Shown here one piece after another: positions 29,783-40,135 of a stretch of DNA of 64,000 bases. Position numbers and translations under genes: made by a program. The stretch comes from Candidatus Delongbacteria bacterium (lineage in GTDB: Bacteria > CAIWAD01), in NCBI GenBank assembly GCA_963663545.1, contig OY760505.1:384001-448000 (forward strand). The letters run 5' to 3'. How positions within the stretch are numbered: position 1 is the first letter of the stretch; each line of letters opens with the position of its first letter. Below the pieces are notes generated by a model. It was given only the letters and a program-made list of their open reading frames with translations, ran no database searches and had not been told where the DNA came from.

Positions 29783-30151
29783 CTAGGCCTCATCCTCATT
29801 TGCGCCCAAACCGGGGGCACTTTCACCACTATCAATCATGTTCACCAGCTCCGCCACCTTCTCGCGACGACGACGACGCTCGCGCAACACACGTTCTTCT
29901 TCTTCACGCGCCATGCGCAGATTTTCGCGCAGCTCGTCTTCGCGCTGCCGGTACTGAGCGTATTTGGTCAGCACGCGTATCACACCGCCGAGCAGGCTGA
30001 CCGCCAGCCAGATAAAAAAGGCACGAATGGCGCTATCCCAGAGCGGATGCCCGCTGCCGACGCGCACGAGTAGAAAACCCAGAAAGACCAGCAGGCCTAC
30101 CTGGTTCATGATCTTCTCGCCATCGCTGGGACGTCGTGCACTAGCGGCCAT
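29783..30151 (-). CDS. Hypothetical 2-TM coiled-coil protein
   Basis: Tightly packed between the flhG-like gene and fliA; two hydrophobic segments. Confidence 0.65.
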   Translation of the reverse strand: MAASARRPSDGEKIMNQVGLLVFLGFLLVRVGSGHPLWDSAIRAFFIWLAVSLLGGVIRVLTKYAQYRQREDELRENLRMAREEEERVLRERRRRREKVAELVNMIDSGESAPGLGANEDEA

Positions 30152-30896
30152 CGATCAAACTCCGTTCTCCGATCTGGTGCTGCGGCGCATGTACCATCAG
30201 ATCCGGGCGATGAGCCCAGGCCATTTCCAGATGCAGCAAACGACGCGCAAGGCTGCGTATCACGCGCGAATTCGGATGATTGGGCACGGCACGCAACAGG
30301 GAAACGTGTTCCCGCGTAGCACGCCGGGAATCAAGAGCATCACGAATGCCGCCCAGCACCAGCAATTCACGGCCGCCAAGGGCTTCGAGGCGCGCATTGA
30401 ACTCGTCGCCCAGCTGCTGCCATTCCTGGTTGTAGCTGATGCGGTTGAAGCACACGTACACCGGTAATCCCGGCTGATCGCGCAGGATGCGACTTGCCAG
30501 CAGCAGCCCCTTGGCGGGACCGTCTTCGCGTGCATCCACCATCAGCAAGACTTCATCCGCCATTGCGTACCAAGGGCTGTTTGCCACCGCGAGGCCCGTG
30601 AAGCGGTCGACGAGTACAAAGTCGGCCTCTTCGCTCATACGGCGCAAACTGGCGTGCGCGGGTTGAGCCAGAAACTCCAGCGGACACAGACTGGGTCCGT
30701 GACGCATTTGTAACACAAGGCCTGTATCACGGCGCTCACCGCGTGGAGTCATTTCGGCGGGAGGCATATTGTCCAGGCCAGTGGCAATCAGCACCTCACG
30801 CCCGAGCTCCGCCAGAGCATCGCCCAGCGCTAGCCCCAGACTGCTGACTCCCTGCCCTGCTGGCAATCCAGTCAAAAGAATGGTGCGGCCGTCCAT
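30141..30896 (-). CDS. Degenerate MinD/FlhG-like protein
   Basis: Position after flhF; DFVLVD, ADEVLL, FNR and MinD-like layout, but Walker A reads GLPAGQGVSS. Confidence 0.7.
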   Translation of the reverse strand: MDGRTILLTGLPAGQGVSSLGLALGDALAELGREVLIATGLDNMPPAEMTPRGERRDTGLVLQMRHGPSLCPLEFLAQPAHASLRRMSEEADFVLVDRFTGLAVANSPWYAMADEVLLMVDAREDGPAKGLLLASRILRDQPGLPVYVCFNRISYNQEWQQLGDEFNARLEALGGRELLVLGGIRDALDSRRATREHVSLLRAVPNHPNSRVIRSLARRLLHLEMAWAHRPDLMVHAPQHQIGERSLIDGR

Positions 30897-32374
30897 TATT
30901 CCTCCCCGTGTTCCACCAGCAGCAACCCGGGTTGTAACACAGCGGCGGCCAGCAACTGGGCGCGGGCGCGTTTCAGGTCTCCGGGAATGCTCTGTCCTAC
31001 AGCAAGATAGCTAAGTGGCAGACGAGTACGGGCAGCAAGTTCCGCTGCGGCGCCAATTCGCCGTGTTTCATCCAGCTTGGTCAATAGCAGCCGATCTGCT
31101 CCGAGTCCGCGGAAGCGCTGTGCCACTTCGACCATATCCTCCAGCCGCGTGCTGGCACCCATCACCAAGTGCGTCTCCGCAGGCTGCAGGATTTCCAGAA
31201 AACTGCTCAGTCGTTCCAGTGTGACACGCTGGTACAGGCCGCAGCCGGGAGTGTCGACAAAGATCAGCTCACAGCCCGCCAGTCGCTCCAGCGCTCGAGG
31301 CAACTCGGCGGGACGATACACGGGTTCCAGGCGGCACTTGGCAATACTGGCCAGACGCCGTACTTGATCCACGGCCGCGATGCGCTGTGTATCCAGAGTC
31401 AACACGCCGACGCGGTGCCCGCCAAAGGCCTCGCGGTTGAGCATCATTTTGGCGATGGTCGTCGTCTTGCCCACACCCGTGGGACCGACCAGCGCAATCA
31501 GTCTCGGGCCACGAACGCCCTCAAACTGTAGTGGTGTCGCACAGGCCAGCCTGCGCGCCAGGGCAGTGCGCAAGGCGGGTTCCAGCTCAGCCATGGAGCC
31601 CTCGCGAGGCAGCTCATCCAGGATGCTGGTAGCCAGGGGACGTGACACGCCGGAATGCAAAAGCTGACGGTACAGCGTTTCCGCCGGTCCGGTGTAGGCC
31701 GGTGCACTGGGACCAAACTGGACGACCTGTGATACATCCATGAGGGTACGCTGCATACTACGGATCTCGTCACGCAGTCCCTGCAGTTCGCGGCTTTCCG
31801 ACTCACCGGCTTGCGTGGATACCGCAGTTGACGCAGCCGCCGGGGGAGCGGATTGCGTTGCCGGAGTCGCCAGCCGCTGCACCGGCGCTTCTGCCTGTAC
31901 ACCGGTTTTGCGTGTGTGAGCCCGCTGAGCTTGTGCTGCCGCAGTCTGTGTTTCACGGCGCTTCAGCCTGGGCAGACGGCCATCGCCCGAAGCCTGCAAA
32001 TGCTCAAAGACTTCTTGGCGGTGTTGCATCTGGTCCATTGGACGACTTTGCGCATCCCCCACCCGCGGTGGCTGCCAACTGGCGGCAGTTGTTCCGGGCT
32101 GATGGATGCGCGCTGCCACCTCACGGATTTCTTCTTCCACAGCAGCCTTGGACTCGGCCGTATCACCGGGACGCCTGCGTGATACACGCGGTGGCGGCGC
32201 GGTCTTTTCCTTAACGGCAGGGCGAGCGGCGGTGACTTCGATCAGCCGTGATGCAGCGCCATCTTCGCCATCCACGCGACGACTGGAAAGGATGATGGCC
32301 TCGTCGCCAAACTCCTCCTTGACCAGTCCCAGCGCGTCCACCATGGTCGCTGCGGTGAAAGTTCTGATCTGCAT
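30896..32374 (-). CDS. flhF: Flagellar SRP-type GTPase
   Basis: GPTGVGKTTT, DTPG, TKLDE, GQSIPGDL. Confidence 0.95.
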   Translation of the reverse strand: MQIRTFTAATMVDALGLVKEEFGDEAIILSSRRVDGEDGAASRLIEVTAARPAVKEKTAPPPRVSRRRPGDTAESKAAVEEEIREVAARIHQPGTTAASWQPPRVGDAQSRPMDQMQHRQEVFEHLQASGDGRLPRLKRRETQTAAAQAQRAHTRKTGVQAEAPVQRLATPATQSAPPAAASTAVSTQAGESESRELQGLRDEIRSMQRTLMDVSQVVQFGPSAPAYTGPAETLYRQLLHSGVSRPLATSILDELPREGSMAELEPALRTALARRLACATPLQFEGVRGPRLIALVGPTGVGKTTTIAKMMLNREAFGGHRVGVLTLDTQRIAAVDQVRRLASIAKCRLEPVYRPAELPRALERLAGCELIFVDTPGCGLYQRVTLERLSSFLEILQPAETHLVMGASTRLEDMVEVAQRFRGLGADRLLLTKLDETRRIGAAAELAARTRLPLSYLAVGQSIPGDLKRARAQLLAAAVLQPGLLLVEHGEE

Positions 32375-32391
32375 ACCGCCCTCCTGTCCGC

Positions 32392-34386
32392 CTAGCCTGC
32401 TGTCTCGCTGGCGGGATCGAAGTTGATGTCGTCTTGGTTAATCACGCCCTTGTCCCAAAGGTCAAGGAATTTGTCCACCATGCGGGGCTCGAACATGCGC
32501 CCCGACTCGTTGCGCAGGATGCGCAGAATCTTGTCGACTTCCATTCCCTTACGGTAAATACGATCGCTGGCCATGGCGTGAAACACGTCGGCAATGGAAA
32601 GCGAACGCACCGCTAGCGGAATTGCCTCGCCGCGCAAGCCATCCGGATAACCCGCTCCATCCCAGCGCTCATGATGGTGTCTCACGTAGGGAATCAGGTG
32701 ATGCAGATGGGGTGCGCGCTCAAGGATTTTCGCGCCGATCAGGGGATGAGTCTTGATGTGACTGTATTCGTCCGGGTTAAGCTTGCCCGGTTTGTTCAAC
32801 ACCGCGTCGCGGATCCCGATCTTGCCCAGATCATGCATCAGTCCACCCAGGCGCAGCTCGATCAGCTCCTCTTCGCCCAATCCCATGGCTCGCGCCACCT
32901 TGACGGCGATGGCTGCCACTTGCGCACTATGGCCGTGGGTGTAATGATCTTTCTCGTCAATGGACTTGCTGAGCACTTGCACGGTCTCGAGATGCAGACG
33001 CCGCTGACTGGTGAAGAGCAGCGAGTTCTGCAGGGCCGAGCTCACGCTACTGGAAAGCAGCATGAAATTGCGCACTTCGAGCTGACTGAAATTCTCGCCA
33101 GCCAGTCGTATCACGCCCATCAGTCCGAAAATGCCGTAGCTATCGGAGAGCGGAACCCAACTCTGGAAGCGCACCCTGCCACTGACTTCGTTGTAATACT
33201 CGTAACGGCCATTGAAGCGCCGGGTTTGCCAGTGAAACTGGGCATCATTGATGCGCGTGACACGCTCGTCGAAGTGTTCGCGCAGCTCGTTCTGCAGTTG
33301 TGCATCGGGGCGACTGCGCCCGCGCAATTCAATGGTCAGTTCGTGCACGGAACGATCGAGATGTATCACGGCAGTATATTCGCAGTTGACAAAACTGCGG
33401 ATGCCAGCGTGAATTTCGTCCAGCGTGTTCTCCATGTCGAGGCGCGAATTCAGCCGACGACCGATTTCGGTCAACTGCTGCGTCGAACGCATTTCGCGCG
33501 TGGCAACGTGATACAAATGCGCATTCTCGAGAGCCACGTTCACGTGCGAGGCCATCACCTTGAGCAGGTCTAGTTGCTGCGCGTCAAAGGCGCCGTTTTC
33601 CAGCGTGCGCGTAATCAGCAAGTAGCCGCGTGTACGGCGATCACTCAGAAGCGGGATGCAAGCCAGCCAGCGTGGTCCCATCTCCTGCTGCACAATCTCG
33701 CCGCGGCTTTGCGCTTCCACCACCAACAGCTGCTCACTCTCGTCCAGCTCGGTCGGCAAGCCTGGACTGCGCCAGAAGATGCTCTCGTCGTCCACATCGG
33801 CAAAGCGGTACTGAATGGTGACGTCGCCTGCTTTAAAAGTGCTGACGATCAGCTGGGCAATGCGGTCCGGTAGATCGGACATGTGCAGGTTAGAGGTAAT
33901 CACCTGCGAAAGCTCGCGCAAGGCCACCTCGGCCTTCAAACGATCGCGCTCGAGACGAATCTTGCGATTGGCTTCAACGCGCTTGAGAATGCTGTAGGTG
34001 GCTGGCAGATCCACCGGCTTCTCGATGTAGTCGGCGGCTCCAAGGCGCATCACCTCCACCGCGTTCTGCACCGAGCTTAAGCCGGTCATCAGCAGTACAT
34101 CGATATTCGGCCACTGCCTACGGATCTCCTGCAAGAGTTCCTGGCCGCCAAGACCGGGCATGTTGCGGTCGGTGAGCACGATATCCACCGTATCACGCCG
34201 CAGTATTTCCAGCGCCTCCAGGCCGTTGCCGGCCTCCAGGATCACAGCGCCTTTCATCTCCAGATATCTCTTCAGGCTGATCACGACGCCCGGTTCGTCG
34301 TCCACCAACAGAATGCGGGAATGCAGTCGGCTATCATCGCCGTTCATATGCGCTCCTGGGCTTTGCACTGCTCCCGCCTGGTTCAT
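32392..34386 (-). CDS. REC-GAF-GAF-HD-GYP c-di-GMP phosphodiesterase
   Basis: LLVDDE/D/T/KP receiver; HDLGKIG; HHERWDGAGYP. Confidence 0.92.
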   Translation of the reverse strand: MNQAGAVQSPGAHMNGDDSRLHSRILLVDDEPGVVISLKRYLEMKGAVILEAGNGLEALEILRRDTVDIVLTDRNMPGLGGQELLQEIRRQWPNIDVLLMTGLSSVQNAVEVMRLGAADYIEKPVDLPATYSILKRVEANRKIRLERDRLKAEVALRELSQVITSNLHMSDLPDRIAQLIVSTFKAGDVTIQYRFADVDDESIFWRSPGLPTELDESEQLLVVEAQSRGEIVQQEMGPRWLACIPLLSDRRTRGYLLITRTLENGAFDAQQLDLLKVMASHVNVALENAHLYHVATREMRSTQQLTEIGRRLNSRLDMENTLDEIHAGIRSFVNCEYTAVIHLDRSVHELTIELRGRSRPDAQLQNELREHFDERVTRINDAQFHWQTRRFNGRYEYYNEVSGRVRFQSWVPLSDSYGIFGLMGVIRLAGENFSQLEVRNFMLLSSSVSSALQNSLLFTSQRRLHLETVQVLSKSIDEKDHYTHGHSAQVAAIAVKVARAMGLGEEELIELRLGGLMHDLGKIGIRDAVLNKPGKLNPDEYSHIKTHPLIGAKILERAPHLHHLIPYVRHHHERWDGAGYPDGLRGEAIPLAVRSLSIADVFHAMASDRIYRKGMEVDKILRILRNESGRMFEPRMVDKFLDLWDKGVINQDDINFDPASETAG

Positions 34387-34394
34387 CTTGAATC

Positions 34395-36452
34395 CTATGC
34401 CGCCTGTTTTTTCTTGGGCAGACCGATGCGCGATATACTTTCCAGTTCGACGTTGATGCTGAGCTCGCTGTAGGACAGGATCATCAGATCCTGCAGCGGG
34501 CCCTCCAGCAGACGCCGCAGATAGGCGCGAACATCGGGACGTGTCACCACAACCGGCGTGCGTCCTTCCGCCTGCAGGCGGTTACGGTACTCACGCAACT
34601 GTTGTATCACATAGGCGAAATCATCGGGACTCAGAGTACCCGCGCGGGAACCGTCCTTCTCACTGGCCAGAACGTTCTCCAGCTCGTGCTCCAAGGTAAT
34701 TGCCTTGATCCGTTGATGTTCACCCAATACCAGAGTCGTTATCGTTGGTGCCAACGCAAATCGCACGTATTCACCCAGCACTTCGGGGTCCTTGGTCTGG
34801 CTGCCGTAGTCGCTCAGGGTCTCCAGAATGGTGACCAGATCGCGCACCGGCACGCTCTCCTTCAGCAGGCGCTGCAGCACTTTGTGAATCTGCCCCAGTG
34901 ACATGGCGGAAGGATAGAGTTCGTCCACCAGCACCTCGTGTTCGGGCTTCAGATTGTCCAGCAGATGCTTGACGTCCTGGCGGCCCAGAATGCGCCAGGC
35001 CCAACGGCGAATGAGCACTTCCAGGTGCGTGGCCATGACCGCGCCCGGCTCCACCACTGCGTGTCCCTTGCGCTCGGCCACGCGCGCGCGCTCCTGGCGT
35101 ACCCAAAGGGCGGGCATGTGGAAGGTGGGATCCAGCGTGGGAATGCCTTGCAGCTCGTGATCCTTGGCGTCGGCGCCCAGCGCTAGCACGTAGCCCGTGC
35201 GGATTTCCGCCTCGCCCACCACGTTGCCGCGAATCTTGATGCGATACTCGTCGGGGCGCAGAGTAATGTCGTCGCGAATGCGCACCGGCGGTAATATGAC
35301 GCCGAGCTCGCCAGCCATCTGTTTGCGAATGCGCGAGATGCGCTGCACCAGGTCGCCGCCCTGATCTCGATCCACCAGCGGAATGAGCCCGTAGCCCATT
35401 TCAATTTCCATGGTGTCCAGGGTCAGATAGTCCTCAATGCGCTCCTCGCTGGACTTGGGTTCCGGTTTGATCTCCTCCTCCGCTGGCTCCTGCTGGGCCT
35501 TGCGCACCTTCCAGGCCAGTGCGCCCGATCCGGCGGAAAGCAACAGGAAGGGAATGATGGGCAGGCCGGGCACGAGCGCGAAGAAGAAGAGCATGCCGCT
35601 GGAGACCATCAGCGGTCGGTACTGCCAGAAGAGCTGGCGCGTCAGGTCTTCGCTGAAATGCGAGCGCGAGCCCGCGCGTGTTACAATGATACCCGCAGAA
35701 GCGGAAATGATCAGCGCTGGAATCTGGTTCACCAGGCCGTCACCCACCGTCAGCAGGCTGAAGGTGCGCGCCGATTCGCTGAAGCTCATGCCGAGCTGCA
35801 GGCTGCCCACCGCCAGACCGCCCAGGAGGTTGATCAGCGTGATCACGATACCCGCGACGGCGTCTCCGCGCACAAACTTGCTGGCACCGTCCATGGCACC
35901 GTAGAAGTCCGCCTCGCGACCAATCTTCTCGCGGCGGCGGCGTGCTTCGCGTTCGTCGATGAGACCGTTGTTGAGATCGGCGTCGATGGCCATCTGCTTG
36001 CCGGGCATGGCGTCCAGAGTGAAGCGCGCGGCCACTTCCGCCACACGGCCTGCACCCTTGGTGATGACGATGAAGTTGATCAGCACCAGGATCAGGAAGA
36101 CGATAAAGCCCACCACGACATTGCCGCCGACGACGAACTGGCCAAAGGCCTCGATCACCTTTCCCGCGTAGCCCTGCCCCAACACCAGACGGGTGGAAGC
36201 CACGTTCATCGCCAGCCTGAACAAGGTCAGAATGAGCAGCATGCCCGGGAAAATGCTGAACTCAAGCGGCTCGACGGTGTACAGGGCCACCAGCAGAATG
36301 ATCAGCGCCAGCATGATGTTCAGGGCCAACAACATGTCGAGGAAGACCGGCGCCACCGGTAGCACCATCATGACAATGATGCCCACGACGCCCAGGGCGA
36401 GCAGAATGTCCGAGCGGCCCATCAGCCGTCCCAGGAATCCCTTGCCACCCAT
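34395..36452 (-). CDS. flhA: Flagellar export gate protein
   Basis: RVAEVAARFTLDAMPGKQMAIDADL, FYGAMDGASKFVRGD. Confidence 0.98.
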   Translation of the reverse strand: MGGKGFLGRLMGRSDILLALGVVGIIVMMVLPVAPVFLDMLLALNIMLALIILLVALYTVEPLEFSIFPGMLLILTLFRLAMNVASTRLVLGQGYAGKVIEAFGQFVVGGNVVVGFIVFLILVLINFIVITKGAGRVAEVAARFTLDAMPGKQMAIDADLNNGLIDEREARRRREKIGREADFYGAMDGASKFVRGDAVAGIVITLINLLGGLAVGSLQLGMSFSESARTFSLLTVGDGLVNQIPALIISASAGIIVTRAGSRSHFSEDLTRQLFWQYRPLMVSSGMLFFFALVPGLPIIPFLLLSAGSGALAWKVRKAQQEPAEEEIKPEPKSSEERIEDYLTLDTMEIEMGYGLIPLVDRDQGGDLVQRISRIRKQMAGELGVILPPVRIRDDITLRPDEYRIKIRGNVVGEAEIRTGYVLALGADAKDHELQGIPTLDPTFHMPALWVRQERARVAERKGHAVVEPGAVMATHLEVLIRRWAWRILGRQDVKHLLDNLKPEHEVLVDELYPSAMSLGQIHKVLQRLLKESVPVRDLVTILETLSDYGSQTKDPEVLGEYVRFALAPTITTLVLGEHQRIKAITLEHELENVLASEKDGSRAGTLSPDDFAYVIQQLREYRNRLQAEGRTPVVVTRPDVRAYLRRLLEGPLQDLMILSYSELSINVELESISRIGLPKKKQAA

Positions 36453-37525
36453 CAGGCGGTCCTCCGCTTGATCCGATAGACCCAGGCCAGCACTTCAGCG
36501 ACGGCACGGTAGAAGTCAACGGGCACGGCTTCGCCTACTTTGCAGGCCTTGAAAAGCGCGCGCGCCAGGGGCACGTTCTCGATGATGGGAATGTCGTTCT
36601 CGCGTGCAATGGTCTTGATCTTCTCCGCCATCAGGCGCTGCCCCTTGGCCACGACGACGGGCGCCGCCATGGTCATCTGGTCGTAGCGCAGCGCCACGGC
36701 GAGGTGCGTCGGGTTGGTCACCACGACGTCCGCGCGGGGCAGTTCCTTCAGCATGCGGTTGTAGGCGATCTCCATCTGCATGCTGCGAATGCGGCTCTTG
36801 AGCTGCGGATCACCGTCCGTCTGTTTGCGCTCTTCCTTGACTTCCTGCAGGGTCATGCGCAATTGGCGACTGTGGTTCCAGCGCTGAAAGATCAGGTCCA
36901 GAATGGCAATAGCCACCAGGCCTGAAAGCGCCCAGGCAAAGAGGCGCAACATGGCTCCAGCCAGAATGCGGACGGTGTTGCCCAGCGGAGTGTGAATCAG
37001 TGTCAGCAGGCGCGGCAACTCGTGCGAAAGCACGATGTAGACGATGGCGCCCACCAGCGCGATTTTGAGGATGCTCTTGATCAGCTCCACCAAGCTGCGC
37101 ACGCTAAAGAGGTTCTTGAAGCCACTGATGGGATTCAGGCGGTTGGGATCGGGTTCAACGGCTTTGGAGCTGAAGACGACGCCGAACTGCATGATATTGA
37201 TGGTGACCGAAACCACGGCGATGGCCAACACGAAGGGGCCAATGATAGTAAAGAGGACCATGACCGCTCGGGCAAATATTTCCGGAAGGTAGTCAACGCT
37301 GACTTGGGTGTAGGGAATGTCGCCGAGAATGCTGACCAGATAGCCGCCCAACTTGCCCACCATGAAGTGGCTGCCGACGACCATCATCGCCAGCGAGATC
37401 ACCAGTACAGCGGCTGAATTCAGATCCTGAGAACGCGCGACCTGACCCTCACGGCGAGCATCCTCGCGCCGTTTTTGGGTCGCCTCTTCCGTGCGTTCCT
37501 GGAAGGATTCCTGCTGGTCGGCCAT
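36452..37525 (-). CDS. flhB: Flagellar export switch protein
   Basis: RTEEAT, DGDP, NPTH autocleavage motif. Confidence 0.98.
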   Translation of the reverse strand: MADQQESFQERTEEATQKRREDARREGQVARSQDLNSAAVLVISLAMMVVGSHFMVGKLGGYLVSILGDIPYTQVSVDYLPEIFARAVMVLFTIIGPFVLAIAVVSVTINIMQFGVVFSSKAVEPDPNRLNPISGFKNLFSVRSLVELIKSILKIALVGAIVYIVLSHELPRLLTLIHTPLGNTVRILAGAMLRLFAWALSGLVAIAILDLIFQRWNHSRQLRMTLQEVKEERKQTDGDPQLKSRIRSMQMEIAYNRMLKELPRADVVVTNPTHLAVALRYDQMTMAAPVVVAKGQRLMAEKIKTIARENDIPIIENVPLARALFKACKVGEAVPVDFYRAVAEVLAWVYRIKRRTA

Positions 37526-38164
37526 GCCGGCTCCCTTTTAGGCCCATTTTCCGGGCACAATCTTCCCCCAGAAGGTCCACGAAATGGGCTTTTGGGATAG
37601 AAAGGCAAATGGCGGGCCTGAATCGGAAACTTGGAGAGTTTGGAACTCACTCCTGCGTGTTCATGAGTAGTACTCGCCCTCCGTCTCTTCCGGCGTTGAC
37701 GTGCCGGTCGGACCTGATCCGGCTCCTGCCCATCGCTCGCACGGTTCTGGATCGTCGCCAGTTCAAGCGCACATCCAGAATCTCGCTCAAGTCCGGAGTT
37801 GGCTGCGAGCCACCACCCACCCCCCTGCCGGGGTCACGCTTGGCAACTGGCTCCGGTTCCCGGAAACTCGCCTCAGCGAGAAAGATTGCTCTCGTGTGTC
37901 ACGCCCGCTGGACGGTTCCGGCACATACCGTCTGAATCAGCGCCTCGGCGCGTTTCCCTTCCCGGTGTGTCGCTGCCCGCTTGCATGCGTACTCTTACTC
38001 CTGCACGCACGTGTACGCTTCCACGTTTCGAGAAGACGGAAAGCGTGGACGCGTCCAAGATCTCGAAATGATGGGAAGCATGGACGAGTACGTCCATCGG
38101 CCTCTGGAGGAATGTGCGAGGGTTCGTGTTCTGCAGAAAGGGAAAGCCGCGAGCTATATCCCGG

Positions 38165-38641
38165 CTACTCCACGATTCGCCCAGCGCGACGAAGATGCTG
38201 GCGAAGATTCGCCATCAGCGCCGTATCACGGGCAGAATCGAAGTGCGGACCCGCTCCCCAGTCATAGCCCCAGACCGGACGCGGACGCATCTCCTCGGGT
38301 TCGTCGTAGTAGCGGGGGAAAACGTGAGCGTGCAGCGTTGGATCGACATTGCCCAGGATCTCGTAATTGAGCCGGCAACAGTCGGTGAGGGCCAACAGCG
38401 CATCGCCGGTTGCGGTCCAGTCCAGCATGAAATCACCGCGCTGCTGTGGATTCAGCTCGTTCAAGGTGCGGATCGGAAGTGCGTCCGGATCACGCCCCAG
38501 CGGGTCGGACAGCAGAACACAGTACCCGCGCAGAAGTTGCCAGTCGCCCAGTGCCAACCAACCGCTGCGCAGGCGCGCGATCACTTGCGCGTTGTCGCCG
38601 GTACGGGCCAGTTCAATACGCTCACGAATGCTCAAGGCCAT
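38165..38641 (-). CDS. HIT-family protein
   Basis: NYEILGN...LHAHVFPRY. Confidence 0.85.
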   Translation of the reverse strand: MALSIRERIELARTGDNAQVIARLRSGWLALGDWQLLRGYCVLLSDPLGRDPDALPIRTLNELNPQQRGDFMLDWTATGDALLALTDCCRLNYEILGNVDPTLHAHVFPRYYDEPEEMRPRPVWGYDWGAGPHFDSARDTALMANLRQHLRRAGRIVE

Positions 38642-38658
38642 CGGCCCCTCCTCTGAAC

Positions 38659-39333
38659 TCACTCCGGTATTCCGATAGGCATCAACAACAAGGGCGTTTC
38701 CTGCAAGGGCAACTGCAGCAGCGATTGGACTTCGGTGTCGTCGAAGGCGCCCACAGACAAGGTTCCCAGCCCGAGGCTCTCGGCCTGCAAATACACGTTC
38801 TGTGCCGCGTGCCCCACTTCCATATCGGTGTAGCGCACACCGCGCTCGCCATACCGGACCGTCATGCGCTCGTAGGCCGCTGCCATGACCAGCACGACGG
38901 GCGCATCCTGCACCCAGGGCTGCGTGTAGGCGGCGGTGGCCAGCGCCTCACGAATGTCCGCATCGGCGTGGCGTACCAGAACATGAGCGCTGGGGTAATA
39001 ATTGTAGATGCCCGTCGCCAGATTCTCCACCTCGTAGGCCACCAGATACAACTCCAGCGGATAACGGGCTCCCGCCGAAGGCGCGGTGCGATACTCGAAG
39101 CCCTGGGTAAGGCCCTGAGCCGCCCAAAGAAGTTGAGAAAGCTGCTGCAGACTCAGGCTGCTATCCTGGAAAGCACGGCGCGAACGACGCTGATTCAGTG
39201 CCTGCTCGAGAGAAAGCGTGCCCGTCCGCTGCGGCTCCGGCAGTGTGATACGATCAAGCGCCATGGCAAGTTGTGTCACAAGTACTAGTAGTAGCACGTG
39301 ACACAAGCATGTAAGTCTTCTACACCACATCAT
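38659..39333 (-). CDS. SagB/ThcOx-type nitroreductase
   Basis: RRSRR, RTAPSAGARYPLE, GHAAQNVYLQA, GAFDD. Confidence 0.92.
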   Translation of the reverse strand: MMWCRRLTCLCHVLLLVLVTQLAMALDRITLPEPQRTGTLSLEQALNQRRSRRAFQDSSLSLQQLSQLLWAAQGLTQGFEYRTAPSAGARYPLELYLVAYEVENLATGIYNYYPSAHVLVRHADADIREALATAAYTQPWVQDAPVVLVMAAAYERMTVRYGERGVRYTDMEVGHAAQNVYLQAESLGLGTLSVGAFDDTEVQSLLQLPLQETPLLLMPIGIPE

Positions 39334-39599
39334 CTTGCTTCCCTCCTCTGCCAGATGGACAATGACGACCAGAGCAGCAGCAGGCGACCTCGGTCTATGC
39401 CTCCCGGTGCTTCAAGTTGGTAAAGGCAAGTTTCCTACTTCAGGTTGCGTATCACGAGTTCTATGCACGAGCAAAACGGTCCACGTGTTCCACCACCACA
39501 ACTGGAAAAAGAACTCGCCGGTCGCAGACGGCAACCGGCGAGATGAGATGCGTAGTGCGCAGATCCGAAAAAGCCCTTTCGGATCTCGACCTGAGACGA

Positions 39600-40121
39600 T
39601 TAGTCCAGAGTCACTTCATGCGTCGTGTAGCACTGCACTGTGGTGGCGCTGCTCATGGTGGCCTCGTCGCCCTTGATCAGAAAGCCGAGGATGCAGCAGA
39701 AGACGCCGATGCCGATGGAGAGAATCATGCGATCCTCACCCTTGGCCATGGCCAGGCCGCGCTCGAGAGGAATGACCGTGCCATCGGGCGCAGTCACGCT
39801 CTGGAAGGAAATGTGGATCTCACCGGGAATACCTGCCAGGTTGGCCTTGACGGAATTGGTGATACGTCCGATGACCGCAGAACCAGCGGGAATCACCTCG
39901 ACACCCTTCACCATCACCGGAGCTGTCGTCTCGCCGCTGATGGAAGAGCCGACGCTCAGAGTGCCAGAGGTCAGCACCTGGTTCAGCTTGACGGTTATCG
40001 GCGTACCCGCAGGAATGGTGGTTCCAGCATAGGCACTCAGCGGAGCGCCGCACAGAACCAACATGGCCAGAACCAGCAGGCGCGCCGTCTGGCGCCAGAA
40101 AAAGGATTGCGCAAACTTCAT
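39600..40121 (-). CDS. Exported hypothetical protein
   Basis: ATG 40121 after AGGAG; signal peptide; IPAGT repeats; C-terminal hydrophobic CC segment. Confidence 0.7.
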   Translation of the reverse strand: MKFAQSFFWRQTARLLVLAMLVLCGAPLSAYAGTTIPAGTPITVKLNQVLTSGTLSVGSSISGETTAPVMVKGVEVIPAGSAVIGRITNSVKANLAGIPGEIHISFQSVTAPDGTVIPLERGLAMAKGEDRMILSIGIGVFCCILGFLIKGDEATMSSATTVQCYTTHEVTLD

Positions 40122-40135
40122 GGTTCGCTTAACTC

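Noticed and set aside
37587-37600. GGCTTTTGGGATAG shared with the 125-bp repeat
   Set aside because: Only 14 bp with no flanking similarity; cannot be distinguished from chance.
37700-37730. SRP RNA (TCAGGTCCG on the minus strand)
   Set aside because: Not followed by the GAAGGAAGCAG helix-8 motif.
37840-37900. c-di-GMP-I riboswitch upstream of flhB (AGCCAGTTGCC on the minus strand)
   Set aside because: The P2 features (GGCAAA, GNRA loop, GACGCAAAG) are missing.
38659-39333. RiPP cluster around the SagB-type gene
   Set aside because: No YcaO, precursor peptide or transporter nearby.
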